Of a stretch of DNA of 64,000 nt, positions 62,263-64,000 are shown piece after piece (the first letter of the stretch is position 1; each line of letters opens with the position of its first letter). Position numbers and translations under genes: made by a program. Source of the stretch: Octopus sinensis (lineage: Eukaryota); assembly GCF_006345805.1 (NCBI RefSeq), contig NC_043018.1, forward strand, positions 12,834,001-12,898,000. The letters run 5' to 3'. The notes below the pieces were generated by a model that did no database searches, had not been told where the DNA came from, and saw only the letters and a list, made by a program, of their open reading frames with translations.

Positions 62263-62410
62263 TTCTATAAATAATGGTAATATTTTTTATAAGCTTAAAG
62301 CTTATAAGTGATCACTGCATTGACTGAAGACAATAGTCTAATATTGGGGCATGAAAGCCCTCAATGGAAAAAAAGTGGGTTTTCCACATGTATATGAAAA
62401 GTTTTAAGCT

Positions 62411-62447
<37 letters not shown>

Positions 62448-62511
62448 TAATAATTATTATTATTATTATTTACAGAATTGTCACTCGTCACTACTTCTCA
62501 ATTTATTGCAT

Positions 62512-62544
<33 letters not shown>

Positions 62545-63956
62545 GATGTGCATATATTTGTGTGTGTCTTTGTGCCTGTGATTACCTCCCCACCACTGCT
62601 TGACAACCAGTGTTAGTGTGTTTATGTCCTCATAACTTAACAGTTCAGCAAAAAGGAAACCAATAATATAAGTACCAGGTTTAACCCCCCAAAAAAAAAT
62701 ACTGGAGTTGATTCATTGGACTAAAAAATTCTTCAAGGCAGTGCCCCAGCATGGCCACAGTCTAACGACTGAAACAAGTGAAAGATAAAAGATTTAACTC
62801 ATTTCTTATTATTTACAATTCATTTTTATTAAATGATTTTATCAATAAATATCTATTTTGTATACAACAAAATATTAAGCACTAATATTTTGGATTATCA
62901 TAGATTATCCTCTCTGCTGGCAATTATGTAACTTTCCATGTTATAAATGATCATATAAGGTTTTTAAGAATATTTAGGCCCTAAACATGTATTATACATG
63001 AACTTTTGTGATAAGCCCCTTTAGAGTATAAGGCAGAAGGACACGTACATGTTAAAGGGCTTGGACATGATGGTCATTGCTGCTTAATATACTCTAACTT
63101 TAGTGAAATTTTGTAACTGTCGCCTGTCCTAGGCTACTGTTGTTTAGCCACAGGCCAGCCTTGATTGAGCAGACCTATGGTCAAAAGCATTCCAGCTTTT
63201 ACTAACCCATTTTTTGTTTTCATGTAGGATTACATTATTGCATGTGTCTTTCCATTTTTTTTTTTTTTTTAAAGGAAAGCATGTAGAATGTGATTTGAAG
63301 ATTTGGCTGTTATTTCTTGCAGATCTTGCCCCCTTGTACAGGCTGCCTCTTTGGCTTGCCTGTCTGCTCTATCTAATCTAACAAGCTATAGCTTTACTAA
63401 CCGTTTTCAGCTGCAGGGTCCCAGTTAATCTACCAAGGTACTTTGTTGTAACAAACACAACAACATGCATTATTGTTGTTCATCTTTCTGTTAGTAACTC
63501 CTCTTTTGAAACTCTTTTGTTTTGTGAACAGCAGCAGCATTTTGGCAGCAAGCAACTGTCTGTTTCTCCACCCCCCCCCTCTCTCTCTCTCTCTCTCTCA
63601 CTCCAGCCCACTTGAATCTTGCTATCACTGCTGCTGGAATTTTAGAGATCACAAACTGACAGCTGAGGAGGTCACTGACTCATGTTTGTTTGGTGTGGAG
63701 CTGTGACTAAAATAACATTGTTCCACCACACTTATTATTATCATCATCATCATTATTACTATTATTATTATTATTATTATGATTATTATGATTATTATAT
63801 TATTATCATTGCGTCTTTGGCTGCTACATCCTCTCAGTCTGCATTTACATCTCTTTCATTCATTCTGAAGTTACAATATTAATTTGTTTACATATTTTAC
63901 ATTGCAGATAACCTATATAGCTTGCCTGTCCTCTTTATCAATGCACTCTGATGTAG

Positions 63957-64000
63957 CTAGACGAGGGTATAGCAGCTACAGTGAGGCTGATGAGTTCTTC
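63957..64000 (+). CDS. Candidate exon start at the window edge (..RRGYSSYSEADEFF..)
   Basis: Pyrimidine-rich tract plus tgtag acceptor, with an open frame to the window end. Truncated. Confidence 0.2.

Overview
Eukaryotic, AT-rich, repeat-dense DNA. The SINE, LINE and microsatellite content looks like an octopus or other coleoid cephalopod; this is my recognition of the repeat families, not a search result. Two genes could be built by hand with canonical splice sites and consistent phases. One is the 3' end of an RNF4-like C3HC4 RING E3 ligase on the + strand (exons 1092-1141, 1924-1984, 3077-3226). The other is the complete CDS of SNRNP27, the U4/U6.U5 tri-snRNP 27K protein, on the - strand (7 coding exons, 23204 to 4225, 504 nt, 167 aa, including a 15-nt microexon). 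The two genes are convergent and about 1 kb apart. Beyond 24 kb there are only tentative exons of unidentified gene(s). The rest is decayed mobile DNA: mariner, piggyBac-type MITEs, a Helitron, Gypsy, RTE and CR1-type LINEs, Penelope-like remnants and several tRNA-derived SINE families, plus microsatellites and a 30 x 22-bp minisatellite. The most notable unannotated signal is a set of minimal type-I hammerhead-ribozyme motifs in small repeat elements (30899-31024, 34862-34904, 51962-51996, and decayed copies near 12.9-13.1 kb). One of them sits in what looks like a tRNA-headed SINE with a Penelope-type hammerhead tail. Most entries in the supplied ORF track are microsatellite or transposon noise. 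Repeat boundaries are approximate.
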